Assembly: GCA_964551545.1 (NCBI GenBank)
Contig: CAZKCT010000001.1
Span: 36,065 to 100,064, forward strand
Direction: 5' to 3'
Length of the DNA stretch: 64,000 nt
Origin: an uncultured Piscirickettsiaceae bacterium
Lineage (GTDB): Bacteria > Pseudomonadota > Gammaproteobacteria > GCF-002020875
The notes beneath the pieces were generated by a model. It searched no databases. It was given only the letters and a program-made list of their open reading frames with translations, and was not told the DNA's origin. Both the position numbers and the translations under genes were made by a program. Each line of letters starts with the position of its first letter. Within the stretch, counting starts at the first letter, position 1. Positions 61,868 through 64,000 of this stretch are shown here, piece by piece.

Positions 61868-63418
61868 ATGGATGCGATTGATCTCACCATTTTTTCCAGT
61901 CGAATTGAGGCGGTTTGTGACGAGATGGGGGCGGTTCTGCGCCGCTCCGCCTTCTCCCCCAATATCCGGGACCGCCTCGACTACTCTTGTGCCATCTTTG
62001 ATGCAGCAGGGGAGCTCTGTGCCCAGGCGGCTCATATTCCAGTCCATCTGGGAAGTATGGCCTTTGCAATGAGAGGCATTGTGGACCGGATGGAGTGGCA
62101 GGCCGGGGACTTGGTGGTTCTCAATGACCCCTTTCTGGGAGGGACACATCTGCCCGATGTGACGATGATCTCGCCACTATTGATTGGGGAACAGTTGACC
62201 GGTTTTGTCGTCAATCGTGCTCATCATGCCGATATTGGAGCAGATAGCCCCGGTTCGATGCCGATCTCAACGGCGCTGGAAGAGGAGGGGGTGGTGATCC
62301 CCCCCAGTTACCTGCTGAGAAACGATCAGGTTCAGCAGCCACTCTATGGGAACCTTCTTGCCGCGTTGCGCAATCCGCAGACCTCACAGGGGGACTTTGA
62401 GGCACAGATCAGTGCAAATCGAGCCGGTATTGCGCGGCTGCAGGGGTGGATTGGTGAGTTAGGGGTGGAAAACTTTCGTGAGGGGCTGGTCGCATTGAAC
62501 GGTTATGCGGAGCGGCTGGCAGCCGGAGCATTGCGCACGATTCCAGATGGACAATATCGCTTCACGGATTTCATGGAGGATGATGGTGCAGGTCATCAAG
62601 ATCTGCCGATCAAGGTCAACGTTGATGTTCAGGATGGTGTCATTACCGTCGATTTTTCAGGAACGGCAGCGCAGACGGCAGGCAATATCAACTGCCCACT
62701 GTCGGTTGCAGCGGCTGGTGTCTACTATCTGTTCCGCTGTCTGATGCCACCACAGACTCCCGCAGCAGCTGGCAGCTTTCGAGCAATCAAAATCAAGGCG
62801 CCGAAGGGTTCGCTATTGAATGCAGAGCGTCCAGCAGCGGTTGCGGCTGGCAATGTGGAGACCAGCAGCCGAGTGGTTGATGTGGTGATGGGTGCATTGG
62901 CACAGGCCATTCCCGATCAGATCGCCGCCGCCAGTCAGGGGACCATGAACAACCTGGCCATGGGGGGAACTGTTAATGGTCGCCACTGGGACTATTATGA
63001 AACCATTGGAGGGGGAATGGGAGCGGGGCCGCAAGAGGGCGGGCGCTCTGCGGTCCAGACCCACATGACCAACACATTGAATACTCCGGTGGAGGTGGTG
63101 GAGATGACCACGCCGGTGCGGATTGAGGCGTATCGAATCCGGCGAGGTTCTGGGGGACAAGGAAAACACCGAGGAGGAGATGGTCTGGTGCGCAGCTATC
63201 GCTTCCTTGAAGAGAGCCAAGTGACGTTGCTGACGGAGCGTAGAGCGCGTGCGCCCTGGGGCCTCGACCAGGGAGCGGATGGAGAGCAGGGGAGAAACAG
63301 GCTGGATGGTGAGCCCCTCCCGGCAAAATGTATGGTGACTGTTCAGCCGGGGGCGCGGATGACGATTGAGACCCCGGGTGGAGGTGGTTATGGAACAGAG
63401 AAAGAAAAGGAGTGTTAA
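61868..63418 (+). CDS. Hydantoinase B / oxoprolinase (HyuB) family protein
   Basis: HyuB family N-terminus (FSSRIEAVCDEMGAVLRRSAFSPNIRDRLDYSCA ... DPFLGGTHLPD). The ATG at 61868 is internal to the ORF-track call. Confidence 0.8.
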   Translation: MDAIDLTIFSSRIEAVCDEMGAVLRRSAFSPNIRDRLDYSCAIFDAAGELCAQAAHIPVHLGSMAFAMRGIVDRMEWQAGDLVVLNDPFLGGTHLPDVTMISPLLIGEQLTGFVVNRAHHADIGADSPGSMPISTALEEEGVVIPPSYLLRNDQVQQPLYGNLLAALRNPQTSQGDFEAQISANRAGIARLQGWIGELGVENFREGLVALNGYAERLAAGALRTIPDGQYRFTDFMEDDGAGHQDLPIKVNVDVQDGVITVDFSGTAAQTAGNINCPLSVAAAGVYYLFRCLMPPQTPAAAGSFRAIKIKAPKGSLLNAERPAAVAAGNVETSSRVVDVVMGALAQAIPDQIAAASQGTMNNLAMGGTVNGRHWDYYETIGGGMGAGPQEGGRSAVQTHMTNTLNTPVEVVEMTTPVRIEAYRIRRGSGGQGKHRGGDGLVRSYRFLEESQVTLLTERRARAPWGLDQGADGEQGRNRLDGEPLPAKCMVTVQPGARMTIETPGGGGYGTEKEKEC

Positions 63419-63421
63419 GAG

Positions 63422-63772
63422 ATGGCAGCTGAATTGAGAAAATACTCAACCAATGAGGAGTTATTCCGGCAAGGAATGAAGGGGGAGTGGTGTGGCGTGA
63501 TCCGTGAAGGGATGGTTGAGGTCTATCGGGAAGATTCGGATGGAGAGCAGACGCCGTTGGCTACGTTGGGAAAGGGGGAGGTGTTTGGTGAGTTGGCAAT
63601 CCTCTCTGATAATGATCGTCGCAGTGCGACAGTGCGGGCCACGGAATATACCGAAGTGATGCAGGTCTCGAAGGCAGATATGGACGCGATGTTGGCCAAG
63701 TCTTCCCCTATTTTCAGGGCTATTGTGATGACGCTGATCAAGCGGATGCAGAGTATGCTCTCCGAAAAATGA
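63422..63772 (+). CDS. Standalone cyclic-nucleotide-binding (cNMP) domain protein
   Basis: cNMP-binding motif GEVFGELAIL ... RSATVRA. AAAAGGAG Shine-Dalgarno 9 nt upstream. It starts 3 nt after the hyuB stop. Confidence 0.7.
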   Translation: MAAELRKYSTNEELFRQGMKGEWCGVIREGMVEVYREDSDGEQTPLATLGKGEVFGELAILSDNDRRSATVRATEYTEVMQVSKADMDAMLAKSSPIFRAIVMTLIKRMQSMLSEK

Positions 63773-63879
63773 ATTTTTCTGGCACAGGATTTGCTTTTTC
63801 TGTCGATAAGATAGAGTGGCGTCAAAAAAAGCGCCATACCATGATGAAGTTGAGATTGACTGAATAGAGGATTCACTCC

Positions 63880-64000
63880 ATGTCGATAGGAACTATAGCC
63901 GGTATTTTGTCCGGGTTTGCGCTGTTTTTCTGGGCAATCTTTGCCAATACGGATAACCCAGCGATTTTTTTGAGTCTATCCAGTTTGGCAATGGTGGCGG
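63880..64000 (+). CDS. MotA/TolQ/ExbB-family proton-channel protein, 3'-truncated by the window edge
   Basis: N-terminus MSIGTIAGILSGFALFFWAIFANTDNPAIFLSLSSLAMVA resembles ExbB/TolQ TM1. Confidence 0.45.
   Translation, partial: MSIGTIAGILSGFALFFWAIFANTDNPAIFLSLSSLAMVA

Overview
The window is a 64-kb gammaproteobacterial chromosomal segment at about 55% GC. It is densely coding and mostly core metabolism. The 5' third has Pseudomonas-like synteny: mlaFEDCB, an inserted yadGH-like ABC-2 pair, then murA and hisG-hisD-hisC. Other core genes are argA, argG, argF, argD, pyrE, pyrC, proC, metX-metW, the aceE-aceF-lpd pyruvate dehydrogenase genes, a split adenosylcobalamin class II ribonucleotide reductase (nrdJa/nrdJb), cbpA, degS- and degQ-like proteases, rnt, rppH, ampG, hemJ and a ClC channel. 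I could support no rRNA, tRNA, CRISPR array or transposase. The accessory or unusual content is as follows:
- A low-GC islet between grxD and rnt carries a Phd/YefM-ParE/RelE toxin-antitoxin pair and an orphan ORF.
- Two signal-transduction modules are built around PF04392-like periplasmic binding proteins. One is two binding proteins plus a hybrid histidine kinase. The other is a translationally coupled 5-gene operon with an OmpR-family response regulator, a TonB-dependent receptor, a PF04392-like protein, a HAMP-only membrane protein and a histidine kinase.
- A second MlaC paralogue is followed by an unannotated 43-aa hydrophobic peptide.
- An orphan hydantoinase-B gene is coupled to a standalone cNMP-binding protein.
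- An NrdR box lies upstream of nrdJ.
- A 70-nt compound palindrome follows lpd.
- A (CTGAT)4 microsatellite lies upstream of a GGDEF gene.
All product calls rest on my reading of the translated ORFs for conserved motifs, without database searches. Several long ORFs antisense to genuine genes were judged spurious.
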